From contig JBHLPH010000005.1 of NCBI GenBank assembly GCA_048939625.1, forward strand, positions 1-64,000: a stretch of DNA of 64,000 nt. The letters are read 5' to 3'. The notes under the pieces were generated by a model that saw only the letters and a list, made by a program, of their open reading frames with translations, made no database searches and was not told where the DNA came from. The position numbers were made by a program, and so were the translations under genes. This document shows, one piece after another, positions 48,120-57,694 of the stretch (positions are counted from its first letter, which is position 1; each line of letters starts with the position of its first letter). Source of the DNA: Promethearchaeota archaeon. GTDB taxonomy: Archaea; Asgardarchaeota; Hermodarchaeia; Hermodarchaeales; Hermodarchaeaceae.

Positions 48120-49339
48120 CAACAATTAGTATTATCGAAGTGAAAGAACTAACGAAAGTCTTTGACGAGGAGCTAACGGCCGTCGATCATGTTTCATTCA
48201 GTGTAGAAGAGGGTGAAATCTTTGGTTTTCTCGGACCAAATGGTGCAGGAAAAACCACTACCCTTAACATGCTTGCCACGATCCTCCGACCAACAAGTGG
48301 AACAGCGGTTGTCAATGGATTTGATATTCACAAAGATCCAGACTCAGTTCGCCGGAGTATAGGCTTTGTTTTCCAAGATCCGACTTTAGATATCGAGTTG
48401 ACTGGTCGAGAGAATCTCGATTTTCATGGTCGTCTATATGGGCTGACCAAAAAAGAACGACAGGACCGTATTAAAGAAATTCTTGAGGTTGTCCAATTAA
48501 CAGATCGGGCAGATGCGTTTGTAAAGACGTATAGCGGTGGAATGAAGCGGCGACTTGAGATAGCTCGAGGATTATTGCATTACCCTAAGGTGTTATTTCT
48601 TGATGAACCAACTTTGGGATTAGACCCTCAAACACGTCGAGCAATTTGGGATTATATAATCAAACTCAACCAGGAAAATAACGTCACCATCATCCTAACC
48701 ACCCATTATACTGAAGAAGCGGACCATTTGTGTAATCGAATTCAAATAATAGATTTTGGAAAAATCGTAGCAAACGATACTCCTGGAAACCTGAAGGAAA
48801 CACTACAAGGCGATGTGGTGGGCCTCATCTTCAAAAAGGCTGAAGATGCCCAGTTGATGTTTCCTAAACTAAATAACCTTGATTGGGTGCAAAATGCGCT
48901 CCCAGTATCCAATAGTAGCAATAATGTGGGAATGAGCCAGTTTAGCCAATTAATGCGGCAGATGGTAGGAGGTACAGGAATGAATATGATGGGAGGCATA
49001 GGTGGCATGGGTGGAGGAGAAAAACCTCAGATGCATAAGGACCCAGAAAAGGTAGCTGAAATGAAGAAGAAGATGCAAAGTCACAGCGGCCCCTTGAAAA
49101 AGTTCCGTCAAATTAACTTGCTCGTTGATAATGCAAGCAAAAGGATTCCACAACTAGTAAAAATTGTGGATCAAGCAGGAGTCGAACTTGAATCCGTGCA
49201 AATGCATAAACCGACATTAGACGATGTTTTTCTTTCAGTAACTGGTCGAAGTATCCGAGATGAATCGGGTAGTATGATGCAAATGTTTCGTCGATTTCGA
49301 ACGCTACGCCAAGCTCGAGGAGGGCGAACTCCCCATTAA
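48116..49339 (+). CDS. DrrA-like ABC exporter ATP-binding subunit with a Met/Gly-rich insertion
   Basis: GPNGAGKTT, YSGGM, FLDEPT, TTHY, PTLDDVFL. Confidence 0.9.
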   Translation: MTTISIIEVKELTKVFDEELTAVDHVSFSVEEGEIFGFLGPNGAGKTTTLNMLATILRPTSGTAVVNGFDIHKDPDSVRRSIGFVFQDPTLDIELTGRENLDFHGRLYGLTKKERQDRIKEILEVVQLTDRADAFVKTYSGGMKRRLEIARGLLHYPKVLFLDEPTLGLDPQTRRAIWDYIIKLNQENNVTIILTTHYTEEADHLCNRIQIIDFGKIVANDTPGNLKETLQGDVVGLIFKKAEDAQLMFPKLNNLDWVQNALPVSNSSNNVGMSQFSQLMRQMVGGTGMNMMGGIGGMGGGEKPQMHKDPEKVAEMKKKMQSHSGPLKKFRQINLLVDNASKRIPQLVKIVDQAGVELESVQMHKPTLDDVFLSVTGRSIRDESGSMMQMFRRFRTLRQARGGRTPH

Positions 49340-49343
49340 CGAG

Positions 49344-50141
49344 GTGATATGTGAAATGCAACCAATATCAGGACAAGCTATTTACGTAGTCTTACTTCGC
49401 GAACTTAAACGGTTCTGGCGAGCCAGAGCTCGAATTATAGCATCGATTGCTCAAAGCTTCTTTTTCCTCCTGATTCTAGGGTTTGGAATTGGAGGTTTGT
49501 TTGGAGGAGCAATGGGAGGTAGTTACCTTACTTATATCGCACCGGGAATTATTGCAATGTCATTACTGTTTGCTTCTGTCTTTTCAGGAGTTTCAGTGAT
49601 CTTCGATCGACAATTTGGCTTCTTCAAGGAGATGCTGGTTGCCCCAGTGAGTCGAACAAGCATCATTACAGGAAAGATATTTGGTGGGGCAATCACCGCC
49701 GTCATCCAAGGCTTGCTAATCCTCGTAGTATCAGCAGTCTTAGGAGCCTTTCTTCTCGATTTACGGTTCGCCATTGGCATTTTAGCAGGAATCGGAGTTA
49801 TGCTTCTCATTACTGCGGGATTTGTTGGGTTGGGTGTCGCCATAGGTTCAGCACTCACTGATTTCCATGCGTTCCAACTAATCAGCACCTTCATCATTTG
49901 GCCATTATTCATGCTCTCGGGAGTCTTCTTCCCCATTGACACTGCACCCATACCACTTCAAGTAGTCATGCTAGCCGATCCTCTATTCTATGGTGTAGAG
50001 CTCCTACGATTCTGTCTTGTAGGATATATAACGCCGATCCTTGGACCTTGGGGACCATTCATTGCGCTTGGTGTACTCGGAGGTTTCTCACTTTTGATGA
50101 TAGCGATCGGAACCTACCTCTTCTCCCGAGCTGAAGCCTAA
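49344..50141 (+). CDS. ABC-2 (DrrB-like) permease
   Basis: Six TM helices; DRQFGFFKEMLVAPVSR, LSGVFFPI. Confidence 0.88.
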   Translation: MICEMQPISGQAIYVVLLRELKRFWRARARIIASIAQSFFFLLILGFGIGGLFGGAMGGSYLTYIAPGIIAMSLLFASVFSGVSVIFDRQFGFFKEMLVAPVSRTSIITGKIFGGAITAVIQGLLILVVSAVLGAFLLDLRFAIGILAGIGVMLLITAGFVGLGVAIGSALTDFHAFQLISTFIIWPLFMLSGVFFPIDTAPIPLQVVMLADPLFYGVELLRFCLVGYITPILGPWGPFIALGVLGGFSLLMIAIGTYLFSRAEA

Positions 50142-50142
50142 A

Positions 50143-50676
50143 TTAGCCTTCGAATTCAGAAGCCAGCATATCATAGAGAAGGAGATCGTGATATGCTCCT
50201 TCGAAAAATGAAGCCTGACGGCGTCGACCGCCAGGCTTGAAACCTATTTTTTTATAGACCTGCTGTGCCGGAGTGTTGAGATCATGAGTGAACAGCACGA
50301 TTCGGTGAAGGTTTAGCTGGTTAAAGGCGTATCTGAGAAGGAGTTGTAAAGCTTCGGTACCCTGACCTTTTCCACGGTGTTTGTTTTCAAAGATTACTAT
50401 AAATAACTCTGCTTTGCGGTTTATTTTGGCGACATTAAAAAGTCCGCACATACCAATGAGCTTATTTGTTTTGGTAAGGTCAATGGCGAAGAAGTATTTG
50501 CTATGGCTTTTTCGACCATCCCAAGTGCTGCGAATCCATTGTTTTAAGTCATCAGAGGAAAGTGGGTTAACGTTGTCTAAGAATCGCCGAGCTTCGAGCG
50601 AATTGTACACTTGGGCGATGTTAGGAATGTCGTCTAGTTCCAGACTGCGAAGTCGAATGGTTTTACCGGTGAACAT
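50143..50676 (-). CDS. RimJ/RimL-type GNAT acetyltransferase
   Basis: HRGKGQGTEA, AFNQLNLHRI, YKKIGF. Confidence 0.85.
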   Translation of the reverse strand: MFTGKTIRLRSLELDDIPNIAQVYNSLEARRFLDNVNPLSSDDLKQWIRSTWDGRKSHSKYFFAIDLTKTNKLIGMCGLFNVAKINRKAELFIVIFENKHRGKGQGTEALQLLLRYAFNQLNLHRIVLFTHDLNTPAQQVYKKIGFKPGGRRRQASFFEGAYHDLLLYDMLASEFEG

Positions 50677-50679
50677 TGA

Positions 50680-51249
50680 CTATTGTTCCTCCTGTAGTGG
50701 ATAATGCGGGGGATGGTGCTCACGGAATTCGTCTTCAAGGATATCCATGAGGAGAGTGTTTTTGAAGCGACCATCTTGGAAAAGTGATTGGCGATGTGTT
50801 GCCGAGTGTTGGAATCCAACATTCTTGTACGCGTGGATGGCTCGGGGATTGTCTTCATTGACGATTAAGAAGGTGCTGTGTAAATTAAGGAAATTGAAGC
50901 CGTATCCCAAAAGGAGGTTAAGGGCTTCAGTGCCATAGCCTTTGCTCCAGTATTGCTTGTTCCAGATGGCGATACCTAACTCAGCAGATCGGTTGATTCG
51001 TTCAATAGAAAAGAGGCTGCAGGTTCCGATTAACAAGTGGCTGTCTTTGAGTTCAATCCCGAAGACGTATTCGGTTCCCTTTTGGCGATTTTCCCATGTG
51101 TTACGAATCCATTGTTCCTCTTCTTCACGACTGATTGGGATGAGATGTCCTAGAAAACGTCGCAGCTCCACGTCATTGAAGTGTTTGAGGATTTCTTCAG
51201 TATCAGACAGTTCTAATCCGCGTAATCGAATGCGCTTTCCTGTAATCAT
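50680..51249 (-). CDS. RimJ/RimL-type GNAT acetyltransferase (tandem paralog)
   Basis: YWSKGYGTEA, GFNFLNLH, NPRAI.AYKNVGF. Confidence 0.85.
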   Translation of the reverse strand: MITGKRIRLRGLELSDTEEILKHFNDVELRRFLGHLIPISREEEEQWIRNTWENRQKGTEYVFGIELKDSHLLIGTCSLFSIERINRSAELGIAIWNKQYWSKGYGTEALNLLLGYGFNFLNLHSTFLIVNEDNPRAIHAYKNVGFQHSATHRQSLFQDGRFKNTLLMDILEDEFREHHPPHYPLQEEQ

Positions 51250-51328
51250 GAGGACACGTCCAAGGTTTGAATTGAGATTGGAGGGAACGTTGTTCAGAGT
51301 GCTATTTTTCTGTTTCTTACCAGGATGT

Positions 51329-51862
51329 TTAATGTGGAAAATTCCAGCCCATCATCTCACGAATTGCATGACCTGTAAAGCTAGCCACTAGTATGAATGG
51401 CAACGCTAGCACGAGGAAGAGAATAAGACTCTGAGCATACAATAGCGAAAATGCCACAAGCACATCGGGAAGAATAGCCAACCAATCTGGGTAAACGCCC
51501 CACATCCATTGCCAGTGGGGAATTAACATAGATCCGTACGCAGGATTCTGATATAGGAGGAGTATTATGATGAAGTAGTTGAGAATGAGGAAGAGGAATG
51601 GTCCCATGAATCCAGCCACGACGACATCCTTGGTTTCAAAGCTGACGAGGAAACCAATTAGGAAAGCCATACCACCAAAAACAAACAAGTAAAAGAAGAA
51701 GTCAATTACAGCTGTGGGCGAAATAGAATTGATAATGTAAGTGAACTTAGTTCCAAAGATAAAGAAGTGGAGCCAATCGATCCCTAGGAAGCCTAGACAC
51801 ATGAGGAAAGCAATAAAGAAGGTGTGTCGCCAGCTGACTTTAGGTTTGATGTCCTGTGCCAT
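51329..51862 (-). CDS. Hypothetical 4-TM membrane protein (paralog of 52694..53248)
   Basis: Shares GIDWLH..IFGTKFTYI, FE.KDVVVAGF, HWQW.WGVYPDWL with the paralog. Confidence 0.75.
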   Translation of the reverse strand: MAQDIKPKVSWRHTFFIAFLMCLGFLGIDWLHFFIFGTKFTYIINSISPTAVIDFFFYLFVFGGMAFLIGFLVSFETKDVVVAGFMGPFLFLILNYFIIILLLYQNPAYGSMLIPHWQWMWGVYPDWLAILPDVLVAFSLLYAQSLILFLVLALPFILVASFTGHAIREMMGWNFPH

Positions 51863-51991
51863 GGATTCATGCCCCGTTTTTATGGTTAATAGAGATGTTT
51901 TCGACGGTTCCTAGGCTTCGTTTTGTTTGTATTAAAGTTGATGGTCTTGAACAACATTGCTAGCTGTTTTTTCAATGAAAATGCAGTAATA

Positions 51992-52510
51992 CTATAGGGG
52001 AACGAGGGTCGCACCGACATGAAAGATTAGACGATAAACCTCGACACGACCACTGCGAGTTTCAGCCAAGAAGGTTGTTTGAACAAGTGGTTCTAGTACA
52101 AGAACCCAGTTCCAATTCCCACTCGCCTCGGCTATTTGAAAGAGGTTTTGATCATTATCTGTCAGTGAATACTGCCAATTAAAATTCCGATATTCACCTG
52201 GTGGAATGACGACTCGACCACCTTTGAAACCGAACCCATAGTAGAGTTGATCTCCATTCAGAAAGAAATGTGTATCAGTATGAACTATCTCGGTTGAAAT
52301 GAAGAGCGCGGGATTGTAAATTCGCCCACTCACCTGCGCTCTCTGATATCTTCCAGTTGACTCATTTACAAAGACCTGAATTTCGGTTATCTCACATGCA
52401 AAACTCATGGAAGTATAAGTATCCGTTTGATAGATCATCGATAGCCCTAGTAAAACACTTGACCCGAGTATTACGGAAAGGAACAGGAGGATGCGTGTTC
52501 GCCGAATCAT
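51992..52510 (-). CDS. Hypothetical protein with an N-terminal membrane anchor and beta-rich domain
   Basis: N-terminal hydrophobic helix followed by a beta-strand pattern. Confidence 0.6.
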   Translation of the reverse strand: MIRRTRILLFLSVILGSSVLLGLSMIYQTDTYTSMSFACEITEIQVFVNESTGRYQRAQVSGRIYNPALFISTEIVHTDTHFFLNGDQLYYGFGFKGGRVVIPPGEYRNFNWQYSLTDNDQNLFQIAEASGNWNWVLVLEPLVQTTFLAETRSGRVEVYRLIFHVGATLVPL

Positions 52511-52693
52511 ATGAGTTCACACCCAGGTTTTTATCTTTTTCAATTTTCTTCTCCGTATTAACTCAGTGGTGGCGGCAATTATAATGTAGCGCTGGTTTTC
52601 TTAAATTATTTAACACTCAATTCCAATTCAGTTTATGTTTTGCTGAGCAAACTGAGAGGAGGAATGCGATTTCTCTGATTCTAACCTTTCTTG

Positions 52694-53248
52694 TCAGCGT
52701 GGTAACTTCCACCTCATCATCTCTCGAGCAGCATACCCTGTAAAGCTGGCTGCCAAGATAAAAGGGCTCGCCAGCAGAAGGAAGAAGAAAATACCATCGG
52801 AATAGAGTATTGTAAATACAGTCTGTACCTCTGGCAATATTTTCAACCAATCTGGATAAACACCCCAGTACCATTGCCAGTGGTGAACCAATGAGGACCC
52901 ATAAGCTGGATTCTGATGAAGTAAAGCTATGATGATGAAGTAATTCACTAGGAGAAAAAGAAAAGGACCGATGAATCCTGCTACAACCACATCTTTAGCT
53001 TCAAAGGTGAATATGAAACCAACTAAGAAAGCTAATCCTGCAAAGATAAAAAGATAAAAGAATAAGTCAAAAAACGCAGTCGGGGAAGCAGGATTAAGGA
53101 TATATGTAAATTTAGTTCCAAAAATCGCTAAATGCAACCAATCAATACCCAAGTACACCAAACAAATAACTACAGATATTACCAGAGCGTTACGCCATCT
53201 AACCCTAGTTCTAATATCCTGTGCCATAAACGTCAATACCCATTTCAC
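52694..53248 (-). CDS. Hypothetical 4-TM membrane protein (paralog of 51329..51862); start probably MAQDIR
   Basis: Clear end-to-end similarity to the paralog. Confidence 0.75.
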   Translation of the reverse strand: MKWVLTFMAQDIRTRVRWRNALVISVVICLVYLGIDWLHLAIFGTKFTYILNPASPTAFFDLFFYLFIFAGLAFLVGFIFTFEAKDVVVAGFIGPFLFLLVNYFIIIALLHQNPAYGSSLVHHWQWYWGVYPDWLKILPEVQTVFTILYSDGIFFFLLLASPFILAASFTGYAAREMMRWKLPR

Positions 53249-53475
53249 GAATTTATTGGTGTTGAACCCAAAATTAGGAATCCCGTATTAAAGGAATCGG
53301 CTATGCAACTCTAATCTAAAAGAAAGTTAAATACCCAAAAAAAAAGAGTAGACGATTAAAAATCCGTAATGGCTTTTGTTCGGTAATTTTCTTGATTTCT
53401 GTCCACGATAACAACATAGAGAGTATTTAAGGTTGAAGTCTGTAAAGATATCCTATTGGTAGAGGGTGTCTTGTT

Positions 53476-54879
53476 GTGGTTCGATTTAAGAAATCCCAAC
53501 TCTATGCACTCTGGCTAGTTCTCATTTTAGCCCTTTTCTTTACAAATTGGGTTGGACTTCGAGATCGATACCTCACAAATGCGTATCAAACGAATAATGT
53601 CATTCAGATTGCAATGGGCGAACTCGATATTTTAAAACCGGGACTAGAAATGGCATATATCACACCACAAACAGTAAATGTGATTGGGGGACTCACATCC
53701 ATTTCATGGCAAAATACTTCTTACCGGAATTTAAACTGGGAAACGAATCCATTTATCGCATTAACCGTTGGAGATTATGATAGCACTCGGAAGGGTGATG
53801 AAATGGCAGTTCTCTGTCAGAATGGGACCCTGTTCATGGTGTACCGTGGAGTTACTCAATGGGAGACTTCAAGGATTGGAATCCTGCCCGATGAAGCCCC
53901 CGTCTGGACGACCAATATTATGTTTTCTGGACAACTCATTAGTACCACTGATGAACACGAAATCGCCATCGTGGGGCAATACTTCAACTGGTCAACAACC
54001 TTAACTACCGGCCGCATTTTCGTAGCCAGCCGTTTAACAAATTTGACTTGGCAGCTAAGCCAAGTTCACGTAGAATCAACACCCTTACTATGTGGAACCG
54101 CAGGAGATGTGGACGATGCACATGTTGGTCAGGAACTACTTGCAGGTGGAGTAGACACTGGTGTTTTCTACCTGAGTTACAATAATGGGTCCTGGGACGA
54201 AGAACGTCTCATCCAATGGGTTGATCCCATCCGATCAATCGCAGTTGGAGATTTCATGGTTCACCCTTCGGGAAATGAGATCGCCTTAATTCGAGATCAA
54301 GATATCTTCATTTATCGCGAGATAACTGGAGTTTGGACACCCACTACAATTTGGTCCGCACGAATCACGCGAATAAGCATGAATTCAGTTTGTATTGGAG
54401 ATATCGACCCCTTCAGTCCAGGACAAGAAATTCTTGGTGTTGGTACCATCAGTGAAACTAGTCAGTCCGTTCTTGTGGTCTTGAAATATGGTTTACTTTG
54501 GGTTCCAAGTATTCTTTGGAATCTCGGGACACATCCAGTTAGTGTCACTGTTTCGAATTTTGATTTCAATCGGATGGGCACTGAAGTTGTTGTGGCGTAT
54601 ACGCCACAGACAGTTGTGCTTTCTGTACCGAGTACGACGGACCGAACGTTTCGTGCAGGTCAAACTGTGCTAGTGCCGGCCATATTGCTACTTCCAGGCA
54701 CTCTGATTCTTTTTGCTCTAGCTGATTATATGGGTCGCGTTGGCGAAGCGCGTCGTCGAAGACGGTCACTGGAGATGATTGCGAAAGGATATGTTAAATG
54801 TCCCATCTGCAAACGTTTCATACCGAGGGACAAAGCTGATGCTCACAGACGATATCACCGAACTGAGCAGTTTCGGTGA
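53476..54879 (+). CDS. FG-GAP/VCBS-like beta-propeller membrane protein with a C-terminal C2H2 zinc finger
   Basis: VGDYD..GDEM, AGDVD..GQEL, VGDF..GNEI, IGDID..GQEI repeats; TM; CPIC-x11-H-x3-H. Confidence 0.7.
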   Translation: MVRFKKSQLYALWLVLILALFFTNWVGLRDRYLTNAYQTNNVIQIAMGELDILKPGLEMAYITPQTVNVIGGLTSISWQNTSYRNLNWETNPFIALTVGDYDSTRKGDEMAVLCQNGTLFMVYRGVTQWETSRIGILPDEAPVWTTNIMFSGQLISTTDEHEIAIVGQYFNWSTTLTTGRIFVASRLTNLTWQLSQVHVESTPLLCGTAGDVDDAHVGQELLAGGVDTGVFYLSYNNGSWDEERLIQWVDPIRSIAVGDFMVHPSGNEIALIRDQDIFIYREITGVWTPTTIWSARITRISMNSVCIGDIDPFSPGQEILGVGTISETSQSVLVVLKYGLLWVPSILWNLGTHPVSVTVSNFDFNRMGTEVVVAYTPQTVVLSVPSTTDRTFRAGQTVLVPAILLLPGTLILFALADYMGRVGEARRRRRSLEMIAKGYVKCPICKRFIPRDKADAHRRYHRTEQFR

Positions 54880-54885
54880 AATCAG

Positions 54886-55977
54886 CTAGCATTTAAGAAT
54901 ACGACCAGGGAGTTCGTGGAGAACCTGAGTTGCTTCATTGACGATATCATCGATAAGCGAAGCAACAGTAGGGAGATCTTTAATCCGTCCTGTGACTTCG
55001 CCTCCAAACATTAACGCGGTGTCTGTTTTTCGATCCAGTAAATCTACAAATCCGTCCTGTTCCAATTTGAGAATCGCTTTGTTTGATTCCACAGGATCAC
55101 CAAGATAGAATCGTGGAACATCACCAAGAGTTTGTTCTACAAGCATTTCCGCTCGTTGATTCCGGAGAAAACGCATCGGACCAAAAAGCCCTCGACCCAC
55201 TAAGGTTTGTCGTTCCTCATGTGAAACAATAGCATCCTTCCAAATGCCTTCAAAGTCGGCTTCTTGTGTCGCGATAAACCGAGTACCCATTTGGACACCA
55301 ACCGCACCCAAACAAAGAGCCGCTGCTAAGGATGCACCATCACTAAAGCCCCCTGCACCGACAACCAGTGAGTTGACCGCACGAGCCACCGCTGGGATGA
55401 GGACCATTGAGTGGACAGGGTCCCATGAAACATGGGCACCACCTTCATGACCCGATGCAACAATGACATCTGCCCCAGACCTTTCAGCCTTCTTGGCATG
55501 ATATACTGACGGAACCACATGAATCCAAATTAACCCATGTTTCTTAACTTCTGTCCATGGAGCAGGATTGCCTGCAGATGTAATGAGTACCCTGAGTTGT
55601 CGTTCAATGTCAGAATCCGATTTTCGGGCTTCAATGACCTGCTCTACAAACATCTTCGAGGCAAGCACAAATTCAGCAGCCACAGGCACGTTTACACCAA
55701 AGATCCCTCTGGTTGCTTTGGTTCCCTTCGCTACCGCCTCCATTGATTTCTGTAAGAGAACCATGGGGGGATCATCACCAAACAAGCGTTTGGCATCAAC
55801 TGGAGCTGCTTCAGGCAAAAGTGTGGCAGCCATACCAATGCTACTAATCACTCCGAGAGCCCCAGCATTCGCTACAGCGATTGCTAGATCCTCCGTTTTA
55901 TACGGACCCATGCCTCCTTGTAGAATCGGAACTGAAATGCCCAATAAGTCACAGAGTTCGGTATGAAGGGACGACAT
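54886..55977 (-). CDS. Nitronate monooxygenase / FabK-like FMN-dependent oxidoreductase
   Basis: PILQGGMG, AVANAGALG, SGHEGGAH, GAGGF.DG, GVQMGTRF. Confidence 0.85.
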   Translation of the reverse strand: MSSLHTELCDLLGISVPILQGGMGPYKTEDLAIAVANAGALGVISSIGMAATLLPEAAPVDAKRLFGDDPPMVLLQKSMEAVAKGTKATRGIFGVNVPVAAEFVLASKMFVEQVIEARKSDSDIERQLRVLITSAGNPAPWTEVKKHGLIWIHVVPSVYHAKKAERSGADVIVASGHEGGAHVSWDPVHSMVLIPAVARAVNSLVVGAGGFSDGASLAAALCLGAVGVQMGTRFIATQEADFEGIWKDAIVSHEERQTLVGRGLFGPMRFLRNQRAEMLVEQTLGDVPRFYLGDPVESNKAILKLEQDGFVDLLDRKTDTALMFGGEVTGRIKDLPTVASLIDDIVNEATQVLHELPGRILKC

Positions 55978-56036
55978 GGTATAGCATGCCGTCTCGTAGT
56001 GATTTAAGTCTAGACCTAAAGACCATTTGAAGCTGC

Positions 56037-56432
56037 TTATTTCTGCGGAGCGTAGGCGATGACATCGATTTCAATTGCCACACCCTTGGGTAATGCAGCC
56101 ACCCCAATCGTGGTTCGTGCTGGAGGATCGAGATCGAAGTAATTGCCATATGCTTCGTTTACTTCACCGAAATCCGCCATGTTTGTAAGATAAATCGTTG
56201 TGCGAACGATATCGAAAATACTGACCCCTGCTTCGGTCAGAATGGCTTTGATATTCTCCATACACTGTCGAGTCTGAGCCGAAATATCTTCGGTGACAAA
56301 CTCACCAGTTTCGGGATTCACAGGGACCTGCCCAGCAACAAAAAGGAAATCCCCTGCCCGAATAGCCTGGCTATATGGCCCCACAGGTGTTGGGGCTTTA
56401 TTCGTAAAAACTCGTGATTTCTTCGGTGCCAT
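56037..56432 (-). CDS. ridA: RidA/YjgF reactive-imine deaminase
   Basis: GPYSQA, AGQ.P, PPART.IGVAALP, IEID. Confidence 0.9.
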   Translation of the reverse strand: MAPKKSRVFTNKAPTPVGPYSQAIRAGDFLFVAGQVPVNPETGEFVTEDISAQTRQCMENIKAILTEAGVSIFDIVRTTIYLTNMADFGEVNEAYGNYFDLDPPARTTIGVAALPKGVAIEIDVIAYAPQK

Positions 56433-56628
56433 TTCTTCATCTCCAAAAAGGAAGCATACGAGTGGAAACGAATCAATGCTTGTACTTATTATGCTTGTGA
56501 TTTAGGCGACCCGCTCCCTTTCAAAAACCTTGACCGAGTGTAACAGTTAAAAAACAAATACCGACCTGTGGAACTAATCTCTTCCTATCACTAATGGAGT
56601 AGAGAATCGTAACGGATGGAAAAGAACC

Positions 56629-56805
56629 ATGCCGCCAAAAGTAGACGAAGCGAAATGCACTGGTTGTGGCACCTGCGTCGATGTGTGCCCAAGCGAATGC
56701 TTCACCCTCGAAGCTAATAAATCCAAGGTCACCGATCCCGACGCCTGCGTTGAATGCGAGTCCTGTGTTGAAAACTGCCCCGAAGACGCTATTGTCCTTG
56801 AGTAA
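56629..56805 (+). CDS. 2[4Fe-4S] ferredoxin, 58 aa (absent from the ORF track)
   Basis: MPPKVDEAKCTGCGTCVDVCP...ACVECESCVENCPEDAIVLE has two CxxCxxCxxxCP motifs. Confidence 0.93.
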   Translation: MPPKVDEAKCTGCGTCVDVCPSECFTLEANKSKVTDPDACVECESCVENCPEDAIVLE

Positions 56806-56815
56806 TTGTTCCTAA

Positions 56816-57163
56816 GATTGGAACTCACCGTGGATAGTTGCGTCTGGTTTACTGGACAACAGGTATCTGAATACTACACTTTTAAGAAGAATAAGTCACG
56901 GCAACATCGAAGTTCTTTATATAACTAACACGGCAAATCTTACAGGTTATCTAGTGTTTGTTTTGCCTGCAACAAGTGGACTAGCCTCCACTTGACTAGC
57001 TGCAACCATGTATGCTTGGTTTCGTGTTGAATATATTGGATTTGTGATTGCAGGTTTGATTTTGGCCTTTGTGCATTAGCCTATTCTTGGTGCCTTATTT
57101 GCTAAACGAGAGTTCTTCTTTCTCCTTTCATTTAATGAATACATGTGGGAGTTGTGTCATTAG
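56816..57163 (+). pseudogene. Possible remnant of a membrane-protein gene
   Basis: One frame reads ...TGYLVFVLPATSGLAST*LAATMYAWFRVEYIGFVIAGLILAFVH*PILGALFAKR, with stops (56993 TGA, 57077 TAG) inside hydrophobic segments. Confidence 0.35.
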
Positions 57164-57694
57164 TCTATAATCTTAATCGACTGGTGGTCGTTTGGTCTTC
57201 GGTGGTTTGGTAGTTGGATTTGTGGCTTTCTGACTGTCTTACCGTGCATGTTTCCGAGATCCTAATGGGGATTCGTACTAAGCAAAGCTGTGGTTGAATT
57301 CACAGGCACTCCATGAAATGAGTTCGGATTTCATGCAAGTTTACAGATGTCTGATAAATTCGCATTTGAAGGTTACCAAGGATAGGGGTCTTGACCGGTA
57401 TCTGGCGGATGGTTTGTCATTATATCACCATTTGGGGGGTTGCAGGTGTTTTCAGCCAAGAATGGGATAAAAGGTGGTTAAAATCGGGTTTAGGTGGAGA
57501 GAAAAAGCGTAAACGTCATTAATAGGGGTTTGATTAGCCTACGGAGCCCTTTCAACAGTTATTGGAGATTTTAAATGGTTTTTAGTTGTGATCTCGATAT
57601 TATAATTTCGTCGGTCTGAAAAAAGTGAGAGGGGATTTTGGCTTTTGGACAATAATGTCTTGAAGTTTTTCGCCATAAGTAACGTTTTTGGGCT

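Noticed and set aside
56574-56828. 84-aa minus-strand ORF in the track
   Set aside because: It is the antisense shadow of the plus-strand ferredoxin at 56629..56805
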